From an uncultured bacterium (GTDB lineage: Bacteria; Verrucomicrobiota; Verrucomicrobiia; Verrucomicrobiales; DEV007): DNA of 64,000 nt. Where the stretch lies: positions 192,001 through 256,000 of the forward strand of contig CAXBMO010000003.1 in the NCBI GenBank assembly GCA_963977015.1, written 5' to 3'. The position numbers and the translations under genes are program-made. Under the pieces are notes generated by a model, which saw only the letters and a program-made list of their open reading frames with translations, searched no databases and was not told the DNA's origin. This document shows positions 51,701 to 58,400 of the stretch, one piece after another. The stretch's first letter is position 1, and each line of letters starts with the position of its first letter.

Positions 51701-54699
51701 GTTGTGCTCGGATCAATCTTCGCCCAGAAGGCAATCGTGACCTGATCATCCAGCGTTTCAAGTGAATCGGAAGTGGAGACTGAGACCCGTCCGTCGCTCA
51801 GCGCCTGACCGACACCGAATGGAGTGTCCGAGCTATAGGTGCCTCCGCTTCCATTATTCCCCAATCCGCTCTGATCCACTGCTGATCCATCATCGAAATT
51901 CCACAAGCCGGCCAACCCGCTCGAAAGCGTGCCGGCCTCAACACTCACCGTAACCTGGAAGTTTCCGTCATTGAGATACTGATGGTTTCCGGTGAAATCG
52001 GTGGTGCCATCGGTCAGGACCTCCGTATCCACAGTTCCATCGCCCCAGTCGATCACCACCGTATTGGTGCTGTTCCCTCCCAGGGTAAAACTACCGGTCA
52101 GTGAAACCGACTGGCTTTCCTGAATCGACGAGGTGTCCAGGTTGATGTTGACGTTGGAAGGAGCGACACCTGCATCAAGAACAAAGGTTCCCGCGATGTT
52201 GGGATCAAAGGTGTCGCTGTCCGCATCGGCATTGGTAACCTGGATTCCCGCCACGCCACTTAACGTTCCGGATCCGCCTTCGAAATCAGAGAGCAGGAAT
52301 GAGGTTAGCCGAGGATAGAGAGAACTCGTCGATGTGGTAATGATGTCCCCCTGTTCGCCGTAGTCCGATTCAAGAATGGTGAGTTGCCAATCCGCAATCA
52401 CGTTTCCGTCGGCATCCAGAGGCTTGATCAGCAACGTGTCGCCGGCTTGATCGAGAATGCTGATTTCCCCAAGGAAAATCGCAGTTTGATCGTTGATGAT
52501 CGGCGCATTGAAGGTGAACTCCACCGAAGAGGGATTGGTGAGCCCATTGGAAAGTCGCAATCCCGTCAGCGCCTCCGCAGCAGATGGCGCTGAGGCTTCC
52601 GTATGAAAGATCGCACCGCCAGATGCCGATGCTGAAACCGCGCCGACCAGATTCGTGTAAGTCACCCCGTCGCGAGACAATGCCTGGAGGTCAACATCGT
52701 CGCTCCCGCCATCACTATCACCGGTTGTGACAATCGCGACGGGACGCACCGAGCCGGTATACAGAGCCACATCATTCCCGTCAGGCCCCCACCAATAACT
52801 CAGCGTATAGTCGACCGTTCCCACTGTGACTGTTGCGCCTTCCATTAGCGCATTTCCTGCTCCATCGTTAAAATATCCGCTGGTGACACCGGAGGGATCC
52901 GTGTTGTCGATCAAGAGAAAGTTGTGAGCTGCAGGATTGGTGCCACTCGAGCTGATCAACAGGTCGGCGATCCCGTCACCGATGGTCACGTTTCCACTCG
53001 CCCGGACCACATCATTCCCCACCCCGGCCAACGCTTGAGCGTTGCTATCAATCTGCGCCTCAAAAACCGAGCCGGAGGTAAACGTCAATTCACCGACCAT
53101 CAGATCTCCCAACCCGCCGGTGGATGCCCCCGGGCTCAGAGTTCCGGAAACCGTGACCGCTGCATCCGTACTACCGGATCCTTTTAGAGTCGACCCCGAA
53201 CTGACTGTGAGAGTGCTGGCTCCTGACTGTGATCCGTTGAATACCAGGGTGGAACCGGGTTCTCCCGAAATCCCCACTACTGTGGGATCCGAGTAACTGT
53301 TGTCCCCGTTGAAGGTCACCGTATTTGGACCAACAATCGAAACGGGTTGGGTTGCGGATGAAAGTTTGGTAATCCTGCCGTTGACTACGATATCTGCACC
53401 TTCGGTATCAAAGACGAGCCCCGAATTGTATTGAGCCCGATGTCGTAAATCAAGGTTGAGGGTCTGAGTCTCAGATGATCGATTGACAATATCAGCCGTT
53501 CCCGATGGGTTCCCCAACATATCCAACGCGATGGATCCTCCGCCCGTCTTATTGCCAGTTAAGGTGTAGGCTCCTGCGCCAGATTCAAAAATGACGCTCT
53601 CGATGTTGTACCCTCCTCCGTCTCCCGCAAAATTCACATTGGAGTTCAGGCCCGTCGTTCCGTCAAAGATGATCGTATCCCAGTCACTGGAATTAGAATC
53701 ATCAGGAAGGGTGTCGGGAGTCCAGTTCTCGATGGTGTCCCAGTTGGAATCCGTCCCACCCCCATCCCACGTGTAAGTCGCAAAGTGAATCCCCTCCAGA
53801 CTTCCCGCAACCACACCATCCGCCTGACCGTCCGAGGCGAGTCGACGTTCCCCGTCTTCAAAAAAGGCGTACATGATGTTCTGCGAAGAGGATTCATAAA
53901 CATCGTTCAATCCCAGAATGTGCCCCTGCTCGTGCATCAAAATGCTAAGCAAATCAAGGCGTCCATCTGCGCCTGAATCAGCGTCCGCGAATAACTGTGT
54001 CTCGCCTTCGATCAGCGAGGAAAATTCTTCGTTTTGCAGGGGAGTTTCATCAATGAACCAGGTTCTGCCGGCAGCATCGGCGTCGATGGTGACCACATTT
54101 CCCTCAACAGCACCAAGATAATTCCCCGGCAAATCCACAACCTGATAAACCACGTTGGCCAACGCGAGGGATTGCTCCTCGCTCAGCCCGGTCATACGCC
54201 ACCGTTCGGCCGCCGCCTCGGCCATCCAGTTCACCACATCCGGACTCAACTCTGAATCAACCGCTTCATTTGAAAAATGCCCCCATTCATCGATCTCCAA
54301 GAGACTCTCGCCAATCACCTCCATCGTATCCTCCTCTTCGGTGCCAAGTTCGACGCTTTCGGTGGACTCAGCACCGCCTTCCGCGCCCGACGCCTCGGTT
54401 TCGTCGGCCAACAGATAGACTTCCGTATCGAGCACGGGCTCCGTTGCGACCGCAGAACTCTGCGGCGTTTCACGGTGACCTTCTGCTGGCAGTTGATCGT
54501 CAGAAGCGGTATCGGGAGCCTCTTGCGATGGTTCCGGGGCCGAATCCGATTCCGCTTCCGGCGCTCCTCCATCCACGGGTGCGGCCGAGTAGAGAATGCG
54601 AGGCTCGAGGTTTTCGAGGAGCATTTTTTCGTCAGCCGACTTTTTGGGGTCCGATTTTTCGCGGCCGAGGAGGCGATCCAGGAAGGAGCTATCTTTCAT
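39727..54699 (-). CDS. Giant (4990 aa) LEPR-XLL surface protein with metzincin-like motif, PKD, two LamG, PATR repeats and three MAM domains
   Basis: LENLEPRILYSA; HEQGHILGLND; IDWGDG twice; LamG-like W.FDDG...WHH...DEV.L; LTKTGTGRLTLSG repeats; MAM-like TGP..DHT.G...FxYHM...DIALDD; recurring GGDGNDVVL modules. Confidence 0.88.
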   Translation of the reverse strand: MKDSSFLDRLLGREKSDPKKSADEKMLLENLEPRILYSAAPVDGGAPEAESDSAPEPSQEAPDTASDDQLPAEGHRETPQSSAVATEPVLDTEVYLLADETEASGAEGGAESTESVELGTEEEDTMEVIGESLLEIDEWGHFSNEAVDSELSPDVVNWMAEAAAERWRMTGLSEEQSLALANVVYQVVDLPGNYLGAVEGNVVTIDADAAGRTWFIDETPLQNEEFSSLIEGETQLFADADSGADGRLDLLSILMHEQGHILGLNDVYESSSQNIMYAFFEDGERRLASDGQADGVVAGSLEGIHFATYTWDGGGTDSNWDTIENWTPDTLPDDSNSSDWDTIIFDGTTGLNSNVNFAGDGGGYNIESVIFESGAGAYTLTGNKTGGGSIALDMLGNPSGTADIVNRSSETQTLNLDLRHRAQYNSGLVFDTEGADIVVNGRITKLSSATQPVSIVGPNTVTFNGDNSYSDPTVVGISGEPGSTLVFNGSQSGASTLTVSSGSTLKGSGSTDAAVTVSGTLSPGASTGGLGDLMVGELTFTSGSVFEAQIDSNAQALAGVGNDVVRASGNVTIGDGIADLLISSSGTNPAAHNFLLIDNTDPSGVTSGYFNDGAGNALMEGATVTVGTVDYTLSYWWGPDGNDVALYTGSVRPVAIVTTGDSDGGSDDVDLQALSRDGVTYTNLVGAVSASASGGAIFHTEASAPSAAEALTGLRLSNGLTNPSSVEFTFNAPIINDQTAIFLGEISILDQAGDTLLIKPLDADGNVIADWQLTILESDYGEQGDIITTSTSSLYPRLTSFLLSDFEGGSGTLSGVAGIQVTNADADSDTFDPNIAGTFVLDAGVAPSNVNINLDTSSIQESQSVSLTGSFTLGGNSTNTVVIDWGDGTVDTEVLTDGTTDFTGNHQYLNDGNFQVTVSVEAGTLSSGLAGLWNFDDGSAVDQSGLGNNGSGGTYSSDTPFGVGQALSDGRVSVSTSDSLETLDDQVTIAFWAKIDPSTTDNWERTIVKAGGGEGWHVGRYSNSTDLNIRTDTTGTDGANNQNKLWAGDDTLDNQWHHIVFTLDNGVAKQFVDGVLVQTDSYLHGDGLGNSGTLYIGDTNLGGSMDEVALWSRILTDDEIRDASGPIHIGGDSTFATVTVSDVPPVVDTLQIVSKDAQTGEMTLQIDFTDPGSLDEHKAVIDWGDGNAVTEVLLTTGARTLQSNHTYASPATHQISVTVLDRLGDAVGIWSFDDGNAQDSSGNANDGTGGSYSTDVADVFGGGQSLDGAGSAVTVANSLSLEGIDDEMTLSFWVKGDSSEGSWVRVIRKGTEAGGTTSWLVTRYGSTDDLLIRTDTTGTGGNFNGNQHDGQGGPILDDTWHHVVYVLNNGLSQEYVDGVLTNQENYAHGDGLSNTEPLTIGTALNASLLDEVILYDRALTSGQVASLSTGPNVAEARDAGSLDFTFGTTIYVNDDWGASSGDSVDGDVEVGGNQGALFGTDAFDNFADAVNALNPVEDVTLIINAGDYSGQDLDLSGLTNNVTVKFVGGDSSIASLTGGTNVTVELGGVDGTHTTATTLTVGSGDFAGVISGEGGLTKTGTGRLTLSGDSSYAGVTQIDGGNLRISHDGALGAATGKTTIDQANKARLELTGGITIGDTIELTGSQQNVPALDNISGDNTITAQLSIVGGSSRIRSSAGNLTFAGGVGASGNAFFVVNATGGAIHFTTNPINLNSGTFYTDSGGLTTIGVAGNTWSSTTLTSGTLRLDVDNALASSATFRHSGLGYGSGGTLDLNGTSQTVASLFSGGTNQSALDAVVTSATAATLTVNQSGDTTYRGTIDGAVTLAKDGSGTLTLTGANNYVGSTNAVAGSLVVDGGSISGTDTVSIDAGKLQVVNNGSVAVTNGVSNAAGSGTLQIDDGTMTVGNGLDVDSLRVGFDALDASLTVQDGDVLIGDGTGILDIGRRNGPSGADAKGIVNLSGADSVTIDVDEIRLGTDATTDFGQGGSAEGDLTLSTAGTNTVTASSFLMGSVESGSNLTRVSELHLGGAANVFNLDSLTVGGRKSVGFIDIVDGGTFTLAGDANAETDFQIGYNDGSGTGTNPDLSQVDLTGGTFNAALDELVIGAHHSGSGSGKGVLTYTAGTVTANSAVLAAPDSGGSSSNDANTRGTLNLGGGVLDLQNGTLSEGGGTRTFAFTDGTLKDIDLIGFSLNQQGGIIQIGEDGASDTMTVDGDFTLTAGTLHFDLHGLGGPGAADGHDQLIVNGELNLDDTNSTIAFDLSGYTPTSSDPAIVLISNNDPAGAADATDAVSGFFASHPDADGDGFSDLFSVSDGSSSYVFRINYAGGDGNDVVLESFGLAETSVELVDNGGVDDLVITDMESDSEDRLEISFDDARDVYIIHDPNLILSSSLPAGTVTQVDVNTIEVAASAVTGGIRFETANGADAAAPSGFDQVTITSLPEPATTPNAIPTSLVVNAEQIVLGSNVVSGSTQTYNGAVTLGADVTLTAGGDVTFASTVDSDTTARALIVNTGNNSATTFGDFVGTTAALASLSTNADGALSLGQDVTTVGDQTYNDATATLTAGVTMTGANVTLGSVFSNSGNGLGVDAETIDVTGGIDGQGGLIRLNASSTTEVGVHIGISAALATSGGGTISLAGSGGVLVEADVTTEKGNITITGSASVDDGVAIVGATVSSTGQGRIEISGSGGDGSSTFAVDSDAGSSISTADGFILVETTTGSARIGGNVDSGAHTLTLDSAEDLNLVDTTVVGGTINLEADSDVNLTSGVSISGPDAALGNVVIHSQNFESFPQGSTNAGANVGLPAGEGWGNARYEPGPDTLDFVSDRDGTPSPETGPGADHTHGDSTGTYLFLETSGTVDAGEFSHLLSPVIDLTGQTNSAVEFFYHMYSQPGTGMGTLTVQGSSDGGATWSADLLSVSGDQGDSWNQAVLDLSSFDNSAQFQLRIIGTKGTDYRGDIALDDFRFYADSGDLLVEDFETFGQGPTSNPRPHQTLPEASGWVNLGSVPVDQIDWSPDKGGTPSGGTGPGTDHTLGNANGTYLYIETSNPIEQGDTATLYSPTLDLSNHSTVSVDFWYHMLGGQMGDLKVYGSADGGSTWSAELFSVSGSQGNVWNQTPSIDLNAFAGSSNFVLRVDGIAGPLTSSTYQSDIALDDFRFYGELVTNTQITITADADQDGNGSGGAINMADGSTVNAGNGNVRLSADEDITVSSITTTATITAISTSGAIVDGGDSGTDLVASAFVATAAAGVGMSGNSLDTQLNNLEADGGTGGVFVSNTGDLVLGDAGAGLGIISTEGATVSIDSTNDLTVAANTIVRSSTVNLSADNDVSFLTGSQIQGPTQVTLLNETFDSFAQGSTSARATNIPLGNGWTNLQGTDDLDWSPDAEGTVSGGTGPTADHTTGNSTGKFLYIETSDPVLEGETATLYSPTLDLSGMQTANLEFHYHMYAQIDRGGGATDMGTLKAYGSTDGSNWTELFSVTENQGNQWNQATVSLDAFLGSPNFVLRVDGIAGAVSGDVSLGYQSDIAIDDFTITAVPVAGTVNVTVTADANGDANGSGGAIDMADGSSIVAGGGTVALSADGNVTVSSISSSGNVGITSGNGEILDRGESPDITAGTLTLNGEAAPGLGTFGTLEVSGDLDLDSNAQLTFEISGTTVGTNHDQVKVTGLVTLSDATFNGALGYAPNVGDQFIIIDNDGTDDDVVGVFTGLSEGTFLDLSYSGTSYTFSITYEGGDGNDVVLTAEGVAETEITQDGSGNLIITDITSDSNDTLTITPGANATLGQDGYTISDPNHIIATDVPGAVRISKNEVFFAYSVLENIDPNAEIRFNTGAGDDRLTVDLGTNAADVIHQKIVFNGGENSGDADELVVVNDGSTPLGTVTQTFTGAETGTIDLDSSGSVEIETTQLEAVDTTGSTVADLVLNLPAGDNADVVLRNSTNAGEMELVGSTFAPTTFSVPAGSLTINGGSDADAITIESLDSSFASDLIVNTGGGTDSVTISQALDFNGNLAITAETITLNASVDTTSGNQTYNGTLQQGTSGPMTLTAAEIYFNGDTTLQSGSSHEFQIRANTATNTAGNLFNINGGRFKLVGGTELINDGQMETGTNRLFPIFATSESTNKITNNGTFTINSTQLRLYVELTNTATGTVVMENPSGKSEVEFKQSGSTGPGGAIRNFGTITLSGTADHQFHEGGPGLINESGGIINFNDGGTVTVAENAKFTNNDGGIVNLNSSGTWTINSSEVISDGTVNLRSDFTLGGSNVLTFGASGILELSPVTGNRTLTLNNPGITTSGTTNFSADGSITLDGSGTFTNDGIFNHAYGGNNDNLVIGGSVTFQNNGTFDLKNRGDVQFLDGSTAEFVNNGTLKKSAAGSDPSFFFSFDKNSGTFTQTANGTVLAEAGRLRIASENVSSDAAGTWMADGGDIELGGTWTGTVTGTTTGSSALRITYSDNGSIETNFAAGAGGITFDVGGNGVIWNEQTIDTSAGDLINANILNITAEAGGGSAKVLTGTGSLITANGAITTITGTTVTGTSGPARLLIADGGTLRGSGTLETLIDGSVGSAIIADGALSLGIASEISFSTAGSIEVGLQTVTLLDSGLAAIGASTTLNGGTLIAANGLSMSSGDILGGHGTVDATVSVDSGTIEPGDIGDSTETLVVKSIDFGTGTVTMQVDGAEPGEHDVIQVTGTVDLDGATLDVSGIADPENGVEIVVIDNDDTDAVISTFSGLAEGAIVDVGGTRFKISYVGGDGNDVVLIRSVAPAVAAPGGVANNTGDSGTVAPAPSTTETAPEPEEVTESGPNFNGITGIYQILAGGGSIFVGARVDPVEAAFAGNGGGGTGSSSSGPAGISGINQSGVSSVLNGLPPLSTLTPFFAGTGQAGGQITVMISDGAGGFSYSQTVQVDAAGNWMMALNGVQLDDRQYTITVQPVGAIIDLGGSENAMPRLMGRFSSAMPDPNQVLSFGDIFGQIIDGESPEEALKQLE
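48060..49210. repeat. Paralogous block shared with about 58090-59260 of the second giant gene
   Basis: Near-identical peptides (FGQGGSAEGDLTLST, VESGSNLTRVSELHLGG, LTVGGRKSVG, NQQGGIIQIG) and visibly similar DNA. Boundaries approximate. Confidence 0.85.
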
Positions 54700-54781
54700 A
54701 TGTAGGAGGTTGGCGAGTTTTCAATCGCTTGGATTGTGGTGCAAAAGGGGGATTTAGAGATGGGGGTGTCTTCTAGACACG

Positions 54782-54819
54782 AAAAAGCCTGCGTGTGGCT
54801 AATTCGTACATCGCAGGCT
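54782..54819 (-). terminator. Intrinsic terminator-like hairpin in the leader of the 4990-aa gene
   Basis: AGCCTGCG (54786-54793) pairs with CGCAGGCT (54812-54819), extended by TGT/ACA; followed by U5 on the minus strand. Confidence 0.55.
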
Positions 54820-54857
54820 ATTCGCTGAAACGGGGTTCCAAGAAAGGAGGAAAGGAA

Positions 54858-55184
54858 GGACGCTTTCGCCTTCTTGAGGCTGAAAGTTTCCACCAAAAAG
54901 TAACGCGTAGCGCCGCTGTAAACCGGAGAGGGTTCGCCGGACGGACTCAGCGCGTCGACGGATCTGACTGGAGATCGCAGAAGCTTGCTTCTCCGCGAGA
55001 CGAATCGTGCGTTCGAAACGGGGCGTCCATGAATAGAGACGGATCCAGCGATCCGTGGCTGCCGTCGCGATTGTCGTTTCACGCTCAGGCGATTCGTCCG
55101 ACGACAACATTTCTGGCAAATCCCGCGCTGAGTCCTCATCCACCAGCAATCCGCGTTCCGGCTCGGAAGCAGCGGAAAGCGTCC
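54858..55184 (-). ncRNA. Candidate large structured leader RNA, family not recognised
   Basis: Nested complementary stems of 10, 6, 6, 12, 7, 9, 4 and 6 bp closed by a 7-bp hairpin; G-U wobbles favour the minus strand. Confidence 0.65.
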
Positions 55185-55205
55185 AGGTTGGTAGGTGTTC
55201 AGTGG

Positions 55206-55214
55206 ATATTACCA
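55206..55214 (-). promoter_or_regulatory. Extended -10 promoter candidate TGnTAATAT
   Basis: Minus-strand TGGTAATAT would start transcription near 55199, about 15 nt before the outer stem. Palindrome GTCAA-A-TTGAC lies upstream at 55246-55256. Confidence 0.4.
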
Positions 55215-55385
55215 TGTTCGCAAGCATCCGAAGCTATCCGGTTACGTCAAATTGACCAAACCAGAATCTGAATCTCATCAACACTTCTGAATACTGTTGC
55301 ATTTAGCGGCAGTTCAACGAGTTACGCAAATAACGCACCGTTATCCTTTCGTATAGGTGTATCAGTAAGGCACCGCGGTTTTCTG

Positions 55386-55421
55386 AGTGAAACCAGGGCT
55401 TCCTCTGCCCCCTTTTTCACT
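55386..55421. terminator. Hairpin just after the stop of the second giant gene
   Basis: AGTGAAA/TTTCACT outer stem and GGGC/GCCC inner stem. No clear minus-strand U-tract, so orientation is uncertain. Confidence 0.35.
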
Positions 55422-55440
55422 AATCTCACCTTTTCAGATT

Positions 55441-58400
55441 TCACAGCTTCTCCTGCAACTGGTTGATGGCGTCTTCAGGAACTGTGGCATCGATGATCAG
55501 GCCATAGATGTCTCCCAAGGTCAGTTCTTCTTCCGTGCTCAACCCGGGAATCACACCGCCGCGGAAGCTTCCAGTCCGGAAAATCGAACTACTTCCCTCT
55601 TCCATTGCAATAATTGGGGCCACTTCCTGGATCGTGATGCTGTAGGTCCGGTCTTCCAGCGCAATTCCGGAAAGGGATGCCGACCAATTGCCGGCTGCGT
55701 CGGCCTGAACCGTCGTTGTGTAACTGAAGCCACCGGCTCCGTCGCTGATCGTAACGACAATCTGAGCGCCCACTGCAGAGGTGCCCGCAAAGAACGGGGT
55801 GAGCGAAAAGACCGGCGGCAAGGACGGCAAAACGCTGGAATCCCCACTCCGAATCGCAGCTAGGTCGATGACTTGTCCCTCGGGATTAAGCAATTGTCCG
55901 TTAACGAATCGGTAGCCCGAGGCTCCCTCCGGCAATTCATCGAGACGCAGCCCGGCAAAGACGCCGGAGTCGCCAAAGCCGTTCAAAAGGATCTGCAACG
56001 CATTGAAGTCCGCGTTTTCACCTTGTTGCCCGGCCGCATTCGACCCTGGAGTAGTGGCAGTGGCGCCATCAGTCGCGGTCGCGGCCGCCGATTTGGTCTT
56101 GCCTTGTTGAACCACTGAAACCTGCAGGGCATTGCTCTGGTCGGTGCCATCTTGAACCTCGACCACGAACCACCTCGCTCCAGGTGTCGGATCGCTCAGA
56201 TCCTTGTTGCTGTAGACCACCGCGCGCAAGGCCTGTTCCATGGCCTTGGCTGAAACCCCGCCGGGTCCAGCCGAAATGGTCAAGGTTCCCGAGCCTCGAT
56301 CGAATCTCTGGCTCAACCCGGCCGGCAAGGCGATTGCAGAGAGGCGGTCCTCGTCCGGCTGATAGCCGCCGTGAATCTGAATCGTGGCCGATGTCACCAG
56401 GTTGGCTTGGGTCACCCGAATACTGGGGAACAGTCCAATCGGTCCCTGCCCCACCCCATGGACCAGGCTATCGTTAATGCTGACCCCGAGCAGCACTGGC
56501 ACCAAGTTGTCAGACTCGATCCCCGTAAAATGAACCGGCTTCAATGCTGATGCGGCAGACGGGAAGGTGTAGGTCCCTTCGCCAACCCCGGTTGAGGCGA
56601 GTTGAGGATTGGGACCAAGCACGACGAGAGCGTCGCCGGGCAACGTTGTCGGGTCGCCGCCATTGACAAAAATCTCCGTCGTCTCGCTCGGCTGGACAAC
56701 GATCGCGTCACGATCGTCGCCCGTGTTGATGGTGAGGCTGGCCGCCGCCACCGTGCCGCGGAATTCCACGAGGGATCCGGTCGTGTTGGCATCAATTCCG
56801 GCGTCGGCATTGACCACCACGTCGCCTGTCGCCATCACAGTCGCGCTCTCGGCGAAGCTGAAGTCGCCCTCGGTGTTGAACACCACGGTCCCGACCGAAG
56901 TCACGTTCACGGCCACGTTCAACGAGGTTCCACTGGTAACGTCCAAACTCGTCAGAGCCGTGCCTGCGCCCAGATTGGCTCCCAGTCTAACTTCTCCCAT
57001 GGTCGACACTGTCAGGTCATGCCCACCGTCCACGGTTCCCTGGAACGCAATGATTCCACCACCCCTGCTGCTCGCAATGACGTCCCCAACCAAGTCAACC
57101 GGATCGCCAAATGTCATTGCGCCCGTCGTGGTGACATCGGCAGCAATCGTCGTGGTTCCAGCTGCATCCGTGCTCAGGCTCGCCAAGACAACCGAACCCC
57201 CAATCGTTCCACCGAAACGGGTGGTTCCGGAAGTGTTGACCGTCAGACCCTTGTTTCCGTCAATGGTGCTCTCAAAATCAACGGCGCCGCCGCCGCTGCT
57301 CGCCAGCGTTACTCCTGAGCTGCTTCCGCCAAGCTGAACAGCCCCATTGTAATCCTGCGAACCGCCAGTCGTCACATTGCTGTTCAGATTGATCGTTTCC
57401 GCGTTAATGACGAGATCGCCTCCAATCGCAAACGGGCTGGAAATCGTAACCGAATCAATGTCCGCGGCGGCGCTTGGATTCGCGGTATTCACGATCAACC
57501 CGCCGCTAACAGCAGAGACCTTTACCCGGATCTCGTCCGCGTTGACCCGGGTTGCGTCCGATTCGGCGATGGTCGTGGTCAGATTCAAAGGCGTGGAATT
57601 GACGTCTTTAATCACAAAGTAGTTCTCGCCGGAAATGTTCGCCATCGAGATGTCGAGTTGGTCGGCTGACTCGTTGTTGAAGTCGTCAATCACCAAATCA
57701 CCGCCCACGATCGAAACCCGGGTTTCCGCCAGGCCGAACGACGTCAGCACCACATTGTTGCCCGCACCGGTCCCGTCCTCCGTGTCGTACTGAATCTGGA
57801 AGACGTATTGATTGCCATCGACTGTTGAGGTCAAATCAAAGACCTCTCCATCAACCAGCCCAGCGAAGGTTCCGACAATTGGATCCGAGGTGCCGTCGTT
57901 GTCGAGAATGACAAACGTCTGCCCACGGGACGGAATGAAATTCAGGGTCAGGTCGAGGGTTGCATTGCCCAAATCGACCGTTCCGTTGGCTGCCATATCA
58001 TCGACAATCAGTTGATCGTGACCACCCGCAACACCCGCACCGCTCTGACCGTCCAGGGAAATCTCAAGCGTCGCGCCGGTGGTTGTCGTGAAATCGCCAT
58101 CCACCGACATGGTGTCAATGGCCCCGTCGTCGCCGATCTGGATGATGCCGCCCTGTTGATTGACCGAAAAGCCGATCGAATCGACGTCTTTCAACGTGCC
58201 GTCAGTGAAGGTGAATAGATGAGTTCCGCCGCCTTCGGTGATGGTACCGTTCTGGAGATCGAGAATTCCGCCGCCGAAATTCAAGGTTCCCCTCGTGTTG
58301 GAATCGTTGGATGAACTACCGCCGAAATCCGGGTCAGCCAGAACAACCGAGTTTGCCGTGACCGTGCCCACGGTATAGGTCAGAACGCCCTTGCCGTTGC

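Noticed and set aside
40457-54776. Many plus-strand Pro/Val/Ser-rich ORFs opposite the giant gene
   Set aside because: Expected antisense frames of Gly/Thr/Asp-rich coding sequence.
54762-55184. Structured region as tmRNA, SRP RNA, RNase P RNA, group II intron, or a cobalamin or c-di-GMP riboswitch
   Set aside because: Only fragments resemble these (for example GGAAGCAGC near 55165); the diagnostic motifs and their spacing are missing by eye. An Rfam search is still needed.
54795-55271. 158-aa plus-strand ORF in the intergenic gap
   Set aside because: Arg/Ser-rich with no family resemblance; the perfect SD at 54841-54850 is internal and has no start codon after it.
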